Origin: a virus
DNA: 64,000 nucleotides
Virus record (IMG/VR): IMGVR_UViG_3300050147_000056
Location: 6,147-70,146 of that record
Reading direction: 5' to 3' (one strand)
Part shown: piece after piece, positions 26,432 through 36,764 of the stretch
Layout: the number at the start of each line of letters is the position of its first letter
Position numbering within the stretch: position 1 is the first letter of the stretch
Program-made: the position numbers and the translations under genes
Notes under the pieces: generated by a model
What the model saw: the letters and a program-made list of their open reading frames with translations, nothing else
Database searches by the model: none
Told to the model about the DNA's origin: nothing

Positions 26432-27172
26432 ATGCCCTCTATCACAGCTTCCTATGAGGATCATTACGGTAGTGATGAATCCATTATTCGTCGTGCCAAG
26501 GTGTCTTTCGCTAAAGGAGAAGAAGAAGTAGATATTGAATCACTGAATGCCAAGGGACTGATCAACTACCTTGCTCGTGGGATGTCTTCAACTGATTGGA
26601 TGAATATCCACACTGAGATGTATGAAGGCGTAGACACACCAGAAGCTCTAATCAAGCGACTGCGCCACACCCCTACCCATTGGATTCCTTTTGCCCACAC
26701 AGCTATCACAATCAACTGTACAGCTCCTGTACCTATCCGTACTCAGTGCTTTAAGCATAAACAAGGATTAGTAGAGTCAGAAGAATCACGTCGTTATATC
26801 AAATCCACTCCTCAAGTATTCACTCCTGAATTCCGCTTAGCTCCGGCAGGTAATATCAAGCAAGGCAGCGCAGGAGAACACCCACACAACCCGGAATGGC
26901 AAGAAGCCTACAAAGGTAGTGTGATGGAAGCAGTGCGTCTCTATGAAGCTATGCTGCTTGATAATGTGTGTCCCGAACAAGCACGCTTCATCCTACCCCA
27001 AGGAACTATGGTTAATTGGGTATGGACAGGTAACCTCTATGCCTTTGCCAATCTTTACCATGCACGCTCTGATTCCCACGCACAGCAAGAAATCCAAGAG
27101 TTAGCAAAACAGATTGATGCAATCATTCGTCCTTTGTTCCCGCTGTCTTGGGCAGCCCTTGTAGATCAATAA
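26432..27172 (+). CDS. thyX: flavin-dependent thymidylate synthase ThyX
   Basis: HW.PFAH, KHKQG...SEESRRY, PEQARFILPQ, HAQQEI; start at ATG 26432. Confidence 0.93.
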   Translation: MPSITASYEDHYGSDESIIRRAKVSFAKGEEEVDIESLNAKGLINYLARGMSSTDWMNIHTEMYEGVDTPEALIKRLRHTPTHWIPFAHTAITINCTAPVPIRTQCFKHKQGLVESEESRRYIKSTPQVFTPEFRLAPAGNIKQGSAGEHPHNPEWQEAYKGSVMEAVRLYEAMLLDNVCPEQARFILPQGTMVNWVWTGNLYAFANLYHARSDSHAQQEIQELAKQIDAIIRPLFPLSWAALVDQ

Positions 27173-27176
27173 GGAG

Positions 27177-28193
27177 GTGCGTATGCGCTCTCAGATCGAA
27201 ACACCTACTGACTCCCACATCGTTCGTTATGAACCTGCTGTAGCGACTGCTATCGCTCAGATGGACGTGTTCTGGCCTGCAGAAGAGCTAGGGGTGGAGT
27301 GTGATATCCCACACTTTAAAACCTTACTAAACCAAGGTGAATCCTATGCAGTTCGTTACTTCCAGTCTTTACTGACTAAGTACGAAACATTCATTGGTGG
27401 TCAAGACTTATGGGCAAATGAGATTCCTACTCTCTTCCCACGTCCTGAAATCCAAAGGGCTTGTAGTGTTATCTCCATGGTTGAGAACCATAGCCATGCA
27501 CCCTTCTATGCACTAGCTGACCAAGCTATGGGTAATGCCACAGACGAGTTCTACTCTAAGTGGCGAAATGATCCTGTACTTACAGGCAACATCAACTACA
27601 TTCTTAGCTTGGTTAAGCAGAAAGATGCACTAGTCACTACTGCGGTATTAGCAATGCTAGAGGGAGTAAACCTCTTTAGTATTCTTGGTTTCTTTAAGTG
27701 CTTTAACACTCGTGGATTCAATCTTATTCCTCACTTTGTGAGTGGTATTGATGCCAGTGCTAAAGATGAAAACTTTCATTCCATGTTCTCTAGTTATTTA
27801 CATAACCAGTGTAAGTTGGAACGGAATCTGACAGTGGAAGAAGAAGCCACCTTGGCTTCAGTAATCGAAGGTATTTACGTAGCTATGCTGGCACACGAAC
27901 ACGCCATCATTAATCACGTATTTGATTACTCAGACTCCCTTCCACCAGATCAACGTATTCGTGTCTGTAAGCGTAAAGATATTATTGACTTCAGCTACTC
28001 ACGCGCGTCTACGGTGATGAATTACTTAGGGCATCCCATGCCTGTAGTTGAATCTACTATTGCGGATGACTTTTACACAAACTTGAACTCGTTTAAGTAC
28101 AGCGATTTCTTTGCTACTACCCAAGTGCAATACCGCCGTAACTATGCAATGTACAAGATTGGATACAACCCCAAAGCGAGAGAAATGCTATGA
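27177..28193 (+). CDS. nrdB: class Ia ribonucleotide reductase beta subunit
   Basis: FWP.EE, E...HAPFY, LEG..LFS, DENFH. Confidence 0.9.
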   Translation: MRMRSQIETPTDSHIVRYEPAVATAIAQMDVFWPAEELGVECDIPHFKTLLNQGESYAVRYFQSLLTKYETFIGGQDLWANEIPTLFPRPEIQRACSVISMVENHSHAPFYALADQAMGNATDEFYSKWRNDPVLTGNINYILSLVKQKDALVTTAVLAMLEGVNLFSILGFFKCFNTRGFNLIPHFVSGIDASAKDENFHSMFSSYLHNQCKLERNLTVEEEATLASVIEGIYVAMLAHEHAIINHVFDYSDSLPPDQRIRVCKRKDIIDFSYSRASTVMNYLGHPMPVVESTIADDFYTNLNSFKYSDFFATTQVQYRRNYAMYKIGYNPKAREML

Positions 28194-30853
28194 GTAAGCA
28201 TGAAGAGTTATCCCTACTCCGTAAGAAACTACAGGCAGAAGGATCTGTACCTAGCTGGTACACAACTCAAGGATTGCAGATGTTTTTACAGTCCTATCAC
28301 AACCAAGGTGAAGACTGCGTTAAGGGACGCTTTGCTACGATTGCTAAGGTTTCCAGACATCTTCCACCGGCTTATCGAGCCGAGTACGAAGAAAAGTTCT
28401 TTAATCTAATGTGGGAACAAGTGCTATCCCCTAGTAGCCCTGCATTAGCCAATACCGGTACACCCCATGCTCATAGCGTTGCATGTGCAGGACAGTACAT
28501 TAATGACTCTGTAGATTCTTTCTATACGAATCTGCATGAGACAGCGATGCTAACTAAGTACGCATTTGGTACTTCAGGTTACTTTGGAGACATCCGTCCT
28601 AGAGGTACACCATTTGGCTACAACGGTAAAGCCAATGGTATTGAACCAGTAATCGATGACTATTTTCAGTGTGCAGCTAACATTAGCCAAGATGGTATCC
28701 GTAAAGGTTCTTTTGCAGCCTACGTACCCATTGAGCATCCTGATTTCGATGACTGCATGGACAGTCTGTTACGGAAACCAACAGGTAAGAACTACGGTTG
28801 GATTATTAATGACGCAGCTATTGCCAGTATTCAAACAGGTAATGGTGAGTTGTTTGCTCGCTGGCAAAGGCTTATTCACACCAAGCTAGTAACAGGGAAA
28901 GGGTACATTTTATTTATTGATAAAGTTAACCGTAATAGACCTAAAGCCTATGTAGATAACGGACTATACGTTGTAGCTTCAAACCTTTGCGTAGCTGGAG
29001 ATACCACAGTTCTCACAGATCAGGGTCATATACCTATTAAATCTATGGTGGGTAAATCTGTGAATGTTTGGAATGGTGAAGAGTGGTCTAACGTAACTAT
29101 TCGTCAAACAGGTACTAATCAACAATTAGTGCGTGTTACTACGGATAGTGGGCAGACTTTGGACTGTACTGCTCAGCATCACTTCTACACGCAAAACTCT
29201 TATAGTAAGTCTGCCATCAAACGAGTAGCTGCTAGCGAGCTTAACGTTGGTGACAAACTAATTAAATGGACTGCCCCTGTTGTAGCTGGTTATACAGAAT
29301 TAAGCTCTGCTTATGAAAACGGGTTCTACAGTGCAGATGGTTGTACCGTAGGAACTAAAGCACGCATTTACTTGTATGCAGAAAAGCAGAAACTACTACC
29401 CTTGTTTAGTAACATCAGTAACGTTACTAAACAAAAAGAACGAACTTACTTTTACTGTAATGGATTGCAGGATAAGTATTTTGTACCTACTGCAGAACAT
29501 ACAGTAGACGCGCGATTGAAATGGTTAGCTGGTTACTTGGATGGGGACGGCTGCTTGTTAAATAACAAGGGTTCATTAACCATTCAAGTAGCTAGCGTAA
29601 ATCCAGTTTTCCTGCGAAAACTTCAAATGCTGCTTATGACCCTTGGTGCGCATAGTAAAATTAAGCTACAGCGTAAGGCAGGTAGCTACTTATTACCTGC
29701 TAATGACGGGACTGGAGAACTTAAATACTACCCTTGCCAGCAAGCAGAAAGATTGCTTATTTCTGGCAACGCCATTCAACAGTTGATGTCACTTGGTTTA
29801 ACAACCTACAGGTTGCAGATACCTAGTTGCACACCACAACGGGAAGCGACTAAGTTTGTTAAGGTAGCTAGTGTAGAACCACTACAGCAAAGGGAGGACA
29901 CATATTGCTTCACAGAACCTAAGCGACACATGGGCGTGTTTAATGGGATCTTGACAGGGCAGTGTAATGAAATACGTCTGTTCTCAGATGCGCAACATAC
30001 GTTCTCTTGCATCTTATCCAGTATCAATCTACTGCATTGGGATCGCATTAAAAGGGATGACAGCATCTTTACTGCTACAGTGTTTCTTGATTGCCTGACT
30101 TCAGAATTTCTAGAGAAATCCAAAAACGATATTGGCTTACATAAGGTACGTGAGTTTACACGTAAGGGTAGGGCAGTAGGTCTAGGTGTTATGGGATTCC
30201 ACACCTACCTACAAAGTAAGATGCTGGCTTACGATTCCATCAAAGCACATCAACTCAACAATGCCATATTCTCCAGATTGCAATCAGAGTCTCTTAGTGC
30301 CTCTCGTTGGCTAGCTGAGATACTTGGTGAACCTGAGTGGTGTAAAGGCACTGGCGAGCGTATGACGCATCGTACAGCCATTGCACCTACCAAGAGTACA
30401 GCACTACTGATGGGAGGTATGAGTGAGTCTACCTTTGCAGATCCGGGAATGGCTTACACTTCCAGCTCTGCTGTAGGTGAGCTAGCGCGTATCCCCCCTA
30501 TGCTCTATAAGCTCATGCTAGAGCGTGGTGTGTACTCAGCCGCTACTGTCAGCAATATCGTAAGCAACCTAGGCTCTGTGCAGCACGTAGACTGGTTAAA
30601 CAAAGAAGAGAAGGCAGTCTTCAAGACTGCTTTTGAATTATCTCCTTGGAACTACCTAGTCCAGTGTAAAGCTCGTCAGAAGTACATCTGTCAGGGACAG
30701 TCCATCAACTTCCACATTGCAGAGGAAACCTCAGAGATTGTAGCTACAGACCTTCTGAGTGCTTGCATGGACGATCCAGACATTGACGGTGTGTACTACC
30801 TATACACCCGCAGTGGTGTCATTGTTCAAGGCTGTTCGTCCTGCGAAGGATAA
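28190..30853 (+). CDS. nrdA: class Ia ribonucleotide reductase alpha subunit with intein (562 aa after splicing)
   Basis: SNL|CNEI, GLGVMG, AIAPT, QGQSIN, YYLY, C-terminal CSSCEG. Confidence 0.93.
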   Translation: MSKHEELSLLRKKLQAEGSVPSWYTTQGLQMFLQSYHNQGEDCVKGRFATIAKVSRHLPPAYRAEYEEKFFNLMWEQVLSPSSPALANTGTPHAHSVACAGQYINDSVDSFYTNLHETAMLTKYAFGTSGYFGDIRPRGTPFGYNGKANGIEPVIDDYFQCAANISQDGIRKGSFAAYVPIEHPDFDDCMDSLLRKPTGKNYGWIINDAAIASIQTGNGELFARWQRLIHTKLVTGKGYILFIDKVNRNRPKAYVDNGLYVVASNLCVAGDTTVLTDQGHIPIKSMVGKSVNVWNGEEWSNVTIRQTGTNQQLVRVTTDSGQTLDCTAQHHFYTQNSYSKSAIKRVAASELNVGDKLIKWTAPVVAGYTELSSAYENGFYSADGCTVGTKARIYLYAEKQKLLPLFSNISNVTKQKERTYFYCNGLQDKYFVPTAEHTVDARLKWLAGYLDGDGCLLNNKGSLTIQVASVNPVFLRKLQMLLMTLGAHSKIKLQRKAGSYLLPANDGTGELKYYPCQQAERLLISGNAIQQLMSLGLTTYRLQIPSCTPQREATKFVKVASVEPLQQREDTYCFTEPKRHMGVFNGILTGQCNEIRLFSDAQHTFSCILSSINLLHWDRIKRDDSIFTATVFLDCLTSEFLEKSKNDIGLHKVREFTRKGRAVGLGVMGFHTYLQSKMLAYDSIKAHQLNNAIFSRLQSESLSASRWLAEILGEPEWCKGTGERMTHRTAIAPTKSTALLMGGMSESTFADPGMAYTSSSAVGELARIPPMLYKLMLERGVYSAATVSNIVSNLGSVQHVDWLNKEEKAVFKTAFELSPWNYLVQCKARQKYICQGQSINFHIAEETSEIVATDLLSACMDDPDIDGVYYLYTRSGVIVQGCSSCEG
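28988..29962 (+). mobile_element. LAGLIDADG intein (325 aa) in NrdA, ending in Gln
   Basis: CVAGDT start, CTAQHHF block B, GFYSADG/LAGYLDGDG, TYCF, NGILTGQ|C. Confidence 0.92.
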
Positions 30854-30866
30854 ACCTATCAATAGT

Positions 30867-30894
30867 AGAAGGACGCGCTGTTGCGCGTTCTTTT
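30867..30894 (+). terminator. intrinsic terminator
   Basis: GGACGCGC-TGTT-GCGCGTTC-TTTT. Confidence 0.65.
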
Positions 30895-30910
30895 GCTTTA
30901 GGAGAATGAA

Positions 30911-31891
30911 ATGCAGAAATACGTCAACATGCACCAGATCAACATTACAGTTGCTGTCTGGTTAGCCACAGACAACTACGATCATAAAGATGACCCACTG
31001 AATATCTCAGTCACTGCTTTGATGAAGCCAGTAAAGGAAATCATTCTTTCCCGCAGAGTCACAGGTAGTGGTGTTGTAGACATCACCAGTAACACTCCAT
31101 CAGCACTAGGTAACGCTATCCATGATGCAATTGAAAGATCGCTTCAACAACCACAAAAAGCATTATCCCTTCTTGGTTATCCAGAGTCCGTTATTGACAA
31201 GGTACTCATTAACCCTGAACCAAGGGATATTTTCCCTGACTGTATTCCTATCTACTTAGAAAGACGTACAGACAGAAAAGTAGGTAAGTACACTGTATCC
31301 GGTAAGTTTGATGCTGTGGTTGATGGACGGGTAGAAGACCATAAGTCTACATCTGCCTATACCTATTCATCTGGTATTAAAGATGATGACTACATCCTGC
31401 AAGGAAGTATTTATCGTTGGCTTAATCCAGACATCGTTACCCAAGATGTAATGGACATTAACTTTATCATTACTAACTTTGACAATATCAAAGCCACTAG
31501 TGATCCAAGTTATCCACCACAAAGAGTCTGCAGCAAGACCTTTAATCTCATTCCTGTACAACAGGTGGAGAACTACGTAACCCACAAGATTAATCTCTTG
31601 GATTCTTTAATGGATTCACCAGAAGAGCTTATTCCTGAATGCACTGATGATGAACTAAAAAGAACTAAGTCAGTCTTCAAATATTACAAGAACCCTATGA
31701 GTACAGGACGTAGCACAGCTAACTTCCCTACTCTAATGGAAGCTAACATTCGTCTACATGCAGACGGTTCTATCGGAATTGTGCGTGAAGTCAAAGGTAC
31801 AATTACTGCCTGCAAATACTGCAAGGCTGTCTCTGTTTGTAAACAAAAGGATCGCTACTTAGTAGATGGTTCTTTAAAACTTCAGGAGTAA
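30911..31891 (+). CDS. PD-(D/E)XK exonuclease (N4 gp42-like)
   Basis: GNAIH, SGKFD...EDHKSTS, Q.SIY, CKYC.....C. Confidence 0.85.
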   Translation: MQKYVNMHQINITVAVWLATDNYDHKDDPLNISVTALMKPVKEIILSRRVTGSGVVDITSNTPSALGNAIHDAIERSLQQPQKALSLLGYPESVIDKVLINPEPRDIFPDCIPIYLERRTDRKVGKYTVSGKFDAVVDGRVEDHKSTSAYTYSSGIKDDDYILQGSIYRWLNPDIVTQDVMDINFIITNFDNIKATSDPSYPPQRVCSKTFNLIPVQQVENYVTHKINLLDSLMDSPEELIPECTDDELKRTKSVFKYYKNPMSTGRSTANFPTLMEANIRLHADGSIGIVREVKGTITACKYCKAVSVCKQKDRYLVDGSLKLQE

Positions 31892-31893
31892 AC

Positions 31894-34047
31894 ATGTATC
31901 ACCCCAAAGTAGAGAAGCTAGTGGATATCTTGTGTGACCGCACACAAACCACTGAGCGTGAGTTCTTTCGTATCCAAGTGGCTTACTTCCTAGGTGTGGT
32001 AGCCAGCCAAATGCGTGTGCGTATCTCTGGTTGGACTACAACTAAGATCCCTGCAAACATTTATGCCATCAACCTAGCACCATCTGGTATTGGTAAGGGT
32101 TACTCAACTTCAGTGTTAGAGAAGCAGGTATTAAACCAATTCACCAAGCGTTTCTTGAATGACACGTTTATTGAGGCTTCTAAAGCTAACCTACTCAAGG
32201 TAGCTACTGACCGTGCTGTACGTAATTGCACTAGCCAAGAAGATGAACTAGGTAAGGTAACCAAGGAGTTTGCATTACTTGGTTCTCTCTTATTTAGCTT
32301 TGACTCTGCAACCATTCCAGCAGTGAAGCAATTACGTCATAAGTTACTACTCGCTAATGCAGGCTCTGTGAATCTGCAGATTGACGAAATCGGTGCAAAT
32401 CTAGTCTCGCGCGTCGAAGAGCTTAATGTCTTCCTAGAGCTATATGACCTAGGCGGCGTGAAAGAGAAGCTCATTAAATCCAGTGTAGAGAACCTACGTA
32501 CTGAACGAGTAGAAGGATTAACACCCACCAATATGCTGTTATTCGGTACACCTACCAAGCTATTGGATTCTGCAGATACAGAGAAGAAATTCTTTGATAT
32601 GCAAGAAATGGGTTACGCCAGACGCTGCTATGTCTCCTATACAGAGACAGTCCACAAAGACTCCTCACGTACTCCTGAAGAGTTATTGGAAGCAATGCAC
32701 AATCAGGAAACCATTGATGCAATCCGGGAGATGTCTGACAGTCTCTATCACTTGGCTGATCCATCTAAGCTAGGTACTGAGATCATCATCGGTAAGGAAC
32801 AATCACTAGAGTTGATGACCTACAAGCTCAAATGTGAAAGCCTTAGTCAAAGCATTCCTGAGCATCAAACAGCACGAAAGGCAGAGTGTGACCATCGCTA
32901 CTTCAAGGTATTGAAGCTAGCAGGTGCATACGCTTTCTTTGATGGTTCTCCGTCGATTACAAGCGAGCATATTAAATATGCCATTACTCTAGCTGAAGAC
33001 TCAGGAAAAGCCTTTACGAGGCTTATGCAGCCTGTTAGACCCTATATGAAGTTAGCCAAGTATCTTACTTCATTAGGTCAGGAAACTACCCTAGCAGACC
33101 TTGATGAACAACTCCCCTACATGCGTGGAGGTAAGGCTCAGAAAGAAGAGCTTATCAACATGGCTACATCATGGGGTATCAAGAACAATCACATCATCAA
33201 GAAAGGTTTTCGTGATGGGGTGTTATTTCTATCAGGTAATACTATTGAGCCTACCAACCTCAATGAGTGCGTTGTAGCAGCTTCTTATGATATGACGCGC
33301 GACTACCAGAATAAGTTCACTGCATGGGATAAGTTGCCTAATCTGTTCTCAATGGACACTAAGGTGCACTGGCTTAATCATCACTTAATGGATGTAGAAC
33401 ATAAGCCAACAGTTACTGCAGGTTACCGCAACGATAGAAATATCGTTGAAGGTTTTAACCTACTGGTTCTAGATGTAGACAACACCGCCACTATTGATAT
33501 TGCCAAGGTATTACTCAAGCAGTATCAGTACCACATGTACACAACCAAGTCTCATGGGATTAATGGGGAACATCGCTTTCGCATTATCATTCCCTGCAAC
33601 TATAAGCTTCAGTTAGACACTGATGATTATAAACAACTCATGAGCAACATCTTCAAATCCCTACCATTCACTGTAGACGAGGCAGGTAATCACCGCTGTA
33701 AGAAGTGGGAAACCAACCCCAACACACTAGTGTTTAGTAATGAAGGTGATCTGTTTGACGTTATTCCCTACATCCCCAAGACAGCTAAAGATGCTGAGCG
33801 TGAGCAACGCTTCGTTGATCAATCTCAGCTTGATGCACTGGAACGTTGGGTAGTCAACAACACAGGTGACGGTAATCGCAACACTCAACTCTACAAGTAC
33901 GCAATGGTTCTCATTGATACAGGTAAAAACTTTGAGCAGATCAGACAAGCAGTCATCTCACTCAACTCAAAGCTGCAAGGTAGCCTAGATGAAGTAGAGA
34001 TCTATTCCACCATCATGTCTTCTGTATCTAAGAAGATGAATGTATAA
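31894..34047 (+). CDS. DNA primase (N4 gp43-like)
   Basis: APSGIGKG, IDEIG, LDVD, YTTKSH, RFRII, GNRN PriCT-like tail. Confidence 0.88.
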   Translation: MYHPKVEKLVDILCDRTQTTEREFFRIQVAYFLGVVASQMRVRISGWTTTKIPANIYAINLAPSGIGKGYSTSVLEKQVLNQFTKRFLNDTFIEASKANLLKVATDRAVRNCTSQEDELGKVTKEFALLGSLLFSFDSATIPAVKQLRHKLLLANAGSVNLQIDEIGANLVSRVEELNVFLELYDLGGVKEKLIKSSVENLRTERVEGLTPTNMLLFGTPTKLLDSADTEKKFFDMQEMGYARRCYVSYTETVHKDSSRTPEELLEAMHNQETIDAIREMSDSLYHLADPSKLGTEIIIGKEQSLELMTYKLKCESLSQSIPEHQTARKAECDHRYFKVLKLAGAYAFFDGSPSITSEHIKYAITLAEDSGKAFTRLMQPVRPYMKLAKYLTSLGQETTLADLDEQLPYMRGGKAQKEELINMATSWGIKNNHIIKKGFRDGVLFLSGNTIEPTNLNECVVAASYDMTRDYQNKFTAWDKLPNLFSMDTKVHWLNHHLMDVEHKPTVTAGYRNDRNIVEGFNLLVLDVDNTATIDIAKVLLKQYQYHMYTTKSHGINGEHRFRIIIPCNYKLQLDTDDYKQLMSNIFKSLPFTVDEAGNHRCKKWETNPNTLVFSNEGDLFDVIPYIPKTAKDAEREQRFVDQSQLDALERWVVNNTGDGNRNTQLYKYAMVLIDTGKNFEQIRQAVISLNSKLQGSLDEVEIYSTIMSSVSKKMNV

Positions 34048-34085
34048 GTGCGCTTTCGCGCACTTCAGCCCTAAAGGAGACTGTT

Positions 34086-34817
34086 ATGTATAACCGTCGA
34101 TGTATTCTGGTTGCAGGTACTAGTACCGCAGGAAAATCTGCTTCCTTAGAGGGATTGCAAAACCAAGAAGGTGTACTGTACTTGAACTGTGAGGCAGGGA
34201 AGGATTTACCCTTTGCCCATAATTTCAAGGAAGTAGTTGTACTTGATCCATTAGCTCATGTGTATGCAGCTTTTGATACTGCAGAGACTCGTCCAGACAT
34301 TCACACCATCGTCATAGATACCGCCACATTCCTTATGGATATGTACGAATCCATGTACGTGTTGACTAGTCCAAACACCATGAAGGCTTGGGGAGACTAT
34401 GCTCAATACTTCAAGCGACTCATGCAACATTACGTTGCTAAGTCCACTAAGCGCGTAATCATCCTTGCTCACCACAAGCAGGTCTTGAATGAGTCCACAG
34501 GCGTGTATGAGTCTTTTGTACCTGTTAAAGGCTCTCTAGCCAACAACGGTATTGAAGCTTTCTTCACCAATGTGCTTGTAGCTAAGCGTGTATCAATCAG
34601 CACGCTAGAGGCTTACAGCAACCCTTACTTGAATATCAGTGAGGATGATCGTGAGCTTGGATACAAACATGTGTTCCAAACCAGACCTACTAAGTCAACG
34701 GTGGGTGATCGTATTCGCGTGTCTATGGGTCTTTGGAATAAACAAGAGACTTTTATCGACAACAACTGTCAGTTAGTCATGGATAAGATTGACGCTCTTT
34801 ATGCTAAGCCAAAGTGA
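34086..34817 (+). CDS. Sak4-like AAA ATPase (N4 gp44-like)
   Basis: GTSTAGKS, YLNCEAGK.LPF, IVIDT. Confidence 0.85.
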   Translation: MYNRRCILVAGTSTAGKSASLEGLQNQEGVLYLNCEAGKDLPFAHNFKEVVVLDPLAHVYAAFDTAETRPDIHTIVIDTATFLMDMYESMYVLTSPNTMKAWGDYAQYFKRLMQHYVAKSTKRVIILAHHKQVLNESTGVYESFVPVKGSLANNGIEAFFTNVLVAKRVSISTLEAYSNPYLNISEDDRELGYKHVFQTRPTKSTVGDRIRVSMGLWNKQETFIDNNCQLVMDKIDALYAKPK

Positions 34818-35298
34818 GTTAAAACAGCTTTTGCGTTATGACCAGTCTACAGGTGCATTTACTTGGACTAGTGTTGCAGCCTGCAATGTAAAGCGGATTG
34901 TTAGCAACACCAGAGCAGGTACTGTGACTGTAGCCGGTTATAGGCAACTACAAGTGGATGGTGTCATCTACAAGGAACATCGCTTAGCTTGGTTTTATAT
35001 GTATGGGGTCTGGCCTGAAATTATTGATCATATTAACCATGACCGTTCAGACAACCGTATTGCCAACTTGCGATCAGTAAGTAAGAAAGAAAACTCCCGT
35101 AATAGATCTAACACTGGTGGGTCTAATACAGGTCATCAAGGAATCTGGTTTAACCCAAAGACTAGACGATACGTCGCGTACATTAAGTACGAGGGTAAGA
35201 AGGTATTCCAGAAGTCTTGTGAAACTCTCAACTCTGCTCTAGCAGCAAGAGAAGAGAAACTTAAAGAACTAGGCTTTCATGATAATCATGGTTGCTAG
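34801..35298 (+). CDS. free-standing HNH homing endonuclease with AP2-like domain
   Basis: L.YD..TG.FTW, HRLAW, IDHINHDRSDNRIANLR, NTG..GI.F. Confidence 0.9.
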   Translation: MLSQSELKQLLRYDQSTGAFTWTSVAACNVKRIVSNTRAGTVTVAGYRQLQVDGVIYKEHRLAWFYMYGVWPEIIDHINHDRSDNRIANLRSVSKKENSRNRSNTGGSNTGHQGIWFNPKTRRYVAYIKYEGKKVFQKSCETLNSALAAREEKLKELGFHDNHGC

Positions 35299-35325
35299 TA
35301 ACACACCCAAACCTAGGAAAGACAC

Positions 35326-36024
35326 ATGAGCATTTTCGCGTATAAAGCAGACGTAGCCAAACCAGCAGCAGACACCTTAGGTGGTTATGAGGTAGCACCA
35401 ACTGACGTGTATGACGTTGCTATCGAGCTGTGCTACATCACCAAAACCAAGAAAGGCGGTACTGCACTGAATCTGGTTTGTAAAGATCAAGCAGGTAAAG
35501 AACACAATCAAGTGCTGTACGTCAGTGCAATCAACGATGCTGGTGAAGAGACCATCACTAGCGTTGGTAAAGACGGTAAGGTTAGCTATCGTTCTGGTTT
35601 TCTTCATGCAGATGCCATTTGCTTGTTGGCTGCAGGTAAGCCAATGAGTGAAGTAGCTCAAGAAGATTTTGTAGTCAAGATCAAAGATTGGGACACCAAA
35701 AAAGATGTAGCTACCCAAGTCAAAGCTCTTAAAGAGTTGCATGGTAAACGCATCAAACTGGCAATGCAGCGTGTAGTGAAGAACAAGCAAGTGTTGCAAG
35801 GTACTAGCTATGTTGACACTGCAGAGTCCCGTACTACTTCTGAATTGGTTAAGTCTTTCCGACATTCTGACAATAAGACTGTAGTAGAGATTACTGAAAA
35901 CCAACCAGCAGAATTCATGAACTCTTGGCTTGAGAAGTACAAAGGTCAAGACCGTAACTTATTTAAAGCTCCTACAGGTAACGCAGGTCTTCCAACAACT
36001 TCAGTACCCCCACTGCAGTTCTAA
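35326..36024 (+). CDS. ssb: single-stranded DNA-binding protein (N4 gp45-like)
   Basis: DTLGG, GF..ADAICLL; synteny after gp44; C-terminal F. Confidence 0.8.
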   Translation: MSIFAYKADVAKPAADTLGGYEVAPTDVYDVAIELCYITKTKKGGTALNLVCKDQAGKEHNQVLYVSAINDAGEETITSVGKDGKVSYRSGFLHADAICLLAAGKPMSEVAQEDFVVKIKDWDTKKDVATQVKALKELHGKRIKLAMQRVVKNKQVLQGTSYVDTAESRTTSELVKSFRHSDNKTVVEITENQPAEFMNSWLEKYKGQDRNLFKAPTGNAGLPTTSVPPLQF

Positions 36025-36035
36025 TCCCACAAACT

Positions 36036-36058
36036 AGGGTAGCTATGGCTACCCTTCT
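36036..36058 (+). terminator. hairpin terminator after ssb
   Basis: AGGGTAGC-TATG-GCTACCCT-TCT. Confidence 0.6.
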
Positions 36059-36067
36059 GGAGTCCTT

Positions 36068-36292
36068 ATGGATAATCAAGAAACACAGAATCTAGCTGAT
36101 GTTGTGCATCACTGGTTTGAAGAAAAGAAAGCCTTCCTGAACCATATGCTTCAGATCCCCGAAAGTATTGAGATTACATCTAATGATGTAGCTCTTACTG
36201 ATGAACAGCGTGTAGGGTTCATTGCAGGTATCCAATTTGTGTTGGAGAACTTAGATGACTTCCCACTCTCCCCAAACGGTACTAGCATTTGA
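36068..36292 (+). CDS. hypothetical protein conserved after ssb in N4-like phages
   Basis: W...K...L.HML.IPE, GFIAGI; GGAG RBS. Confidence 0.7.
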   Translation: MDNQETQNLADVVHHWFEEKKAFLNHMLQIPESIEITSNDVALTDEQRVGFIAGIQFVLENLDDFPLSPNGTSI

Positions 36293-36764
36293 TCCGTCCC
36301 TAAGAAATTGGGGATGGTCACTATGCGTAGTAAGTGACACCATAGACGTAGTCGCTTGTGGTGTTATCAGGCACAAGGAAGTGCACAGCAACAAAGCTCA
36401 GGCAGATTATCTAACTGCCCGTGCAATCCATAATGACTTGGTAGACCTAATACAGGTGTACAAACCAGATGTGCTGGTAGCTGAGTTTCCTGTAGGAAGT
36501 CAGTCTGCTAGTGCAATGATCTCTTATGCACTCTGTATTGGTTTACTAGGTTCTTTAGGTAAGGTTACTCAAGTAACCCCATCCCAAGTAAAGACTACCG
36601 TAGGTAATAGCACAGCTAGTAAAGCTGATGTTATTGCTTGGGTAAATGAAAGACACCCAAACGCACTACCCACTAAACATGGAAAAATTCTTGTAGGTGT
36701 TTCAGAACACATTGCAGATTCCATTGTAGTGGCTCACACAGCAAAGATCAGAGGATTACTCTAA
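36255..36764 (+). CDS. ruvC: RuvC-like Holliday junction resolvase
   Basis: FDPSLRNWG, AEFPVGSQ, ASKADVI, EHIADS. Confidence 0.88.
   Translation: MTSHSPQTVLAFDPSLRNWGWSLCVVSDTIDVVACGVIRHKEVHSNKAQADYLTARAIHNDLVDLIQVYKPDVLVAEFPVGSQSASAMISYALCIGLLGSLGKVTQVTPSQVKTTVGNSTASKADVIAWVNERHPNALPTKHGKILVGVSEHIADSIVVAHTAKIRGLL

Noticed and set aside
26740-26800. ThyX with KHK instead of the RHR motif
   Set aside because: Common variant among phage ThyX; other motifs intact.
30911-31891. Cas4-like nuclease suggesting CRISPR
   Set aside because: Standard N4 gp42-position exonuclease; no repeats or other cas genes.
2300-31896. Recurrent GGAGTAA(A/C)CATG motif as a promoter
   Set aside because: Always directly upstream of start codons; explained as Shine-Dalgarno, often fused to the preceding stop.
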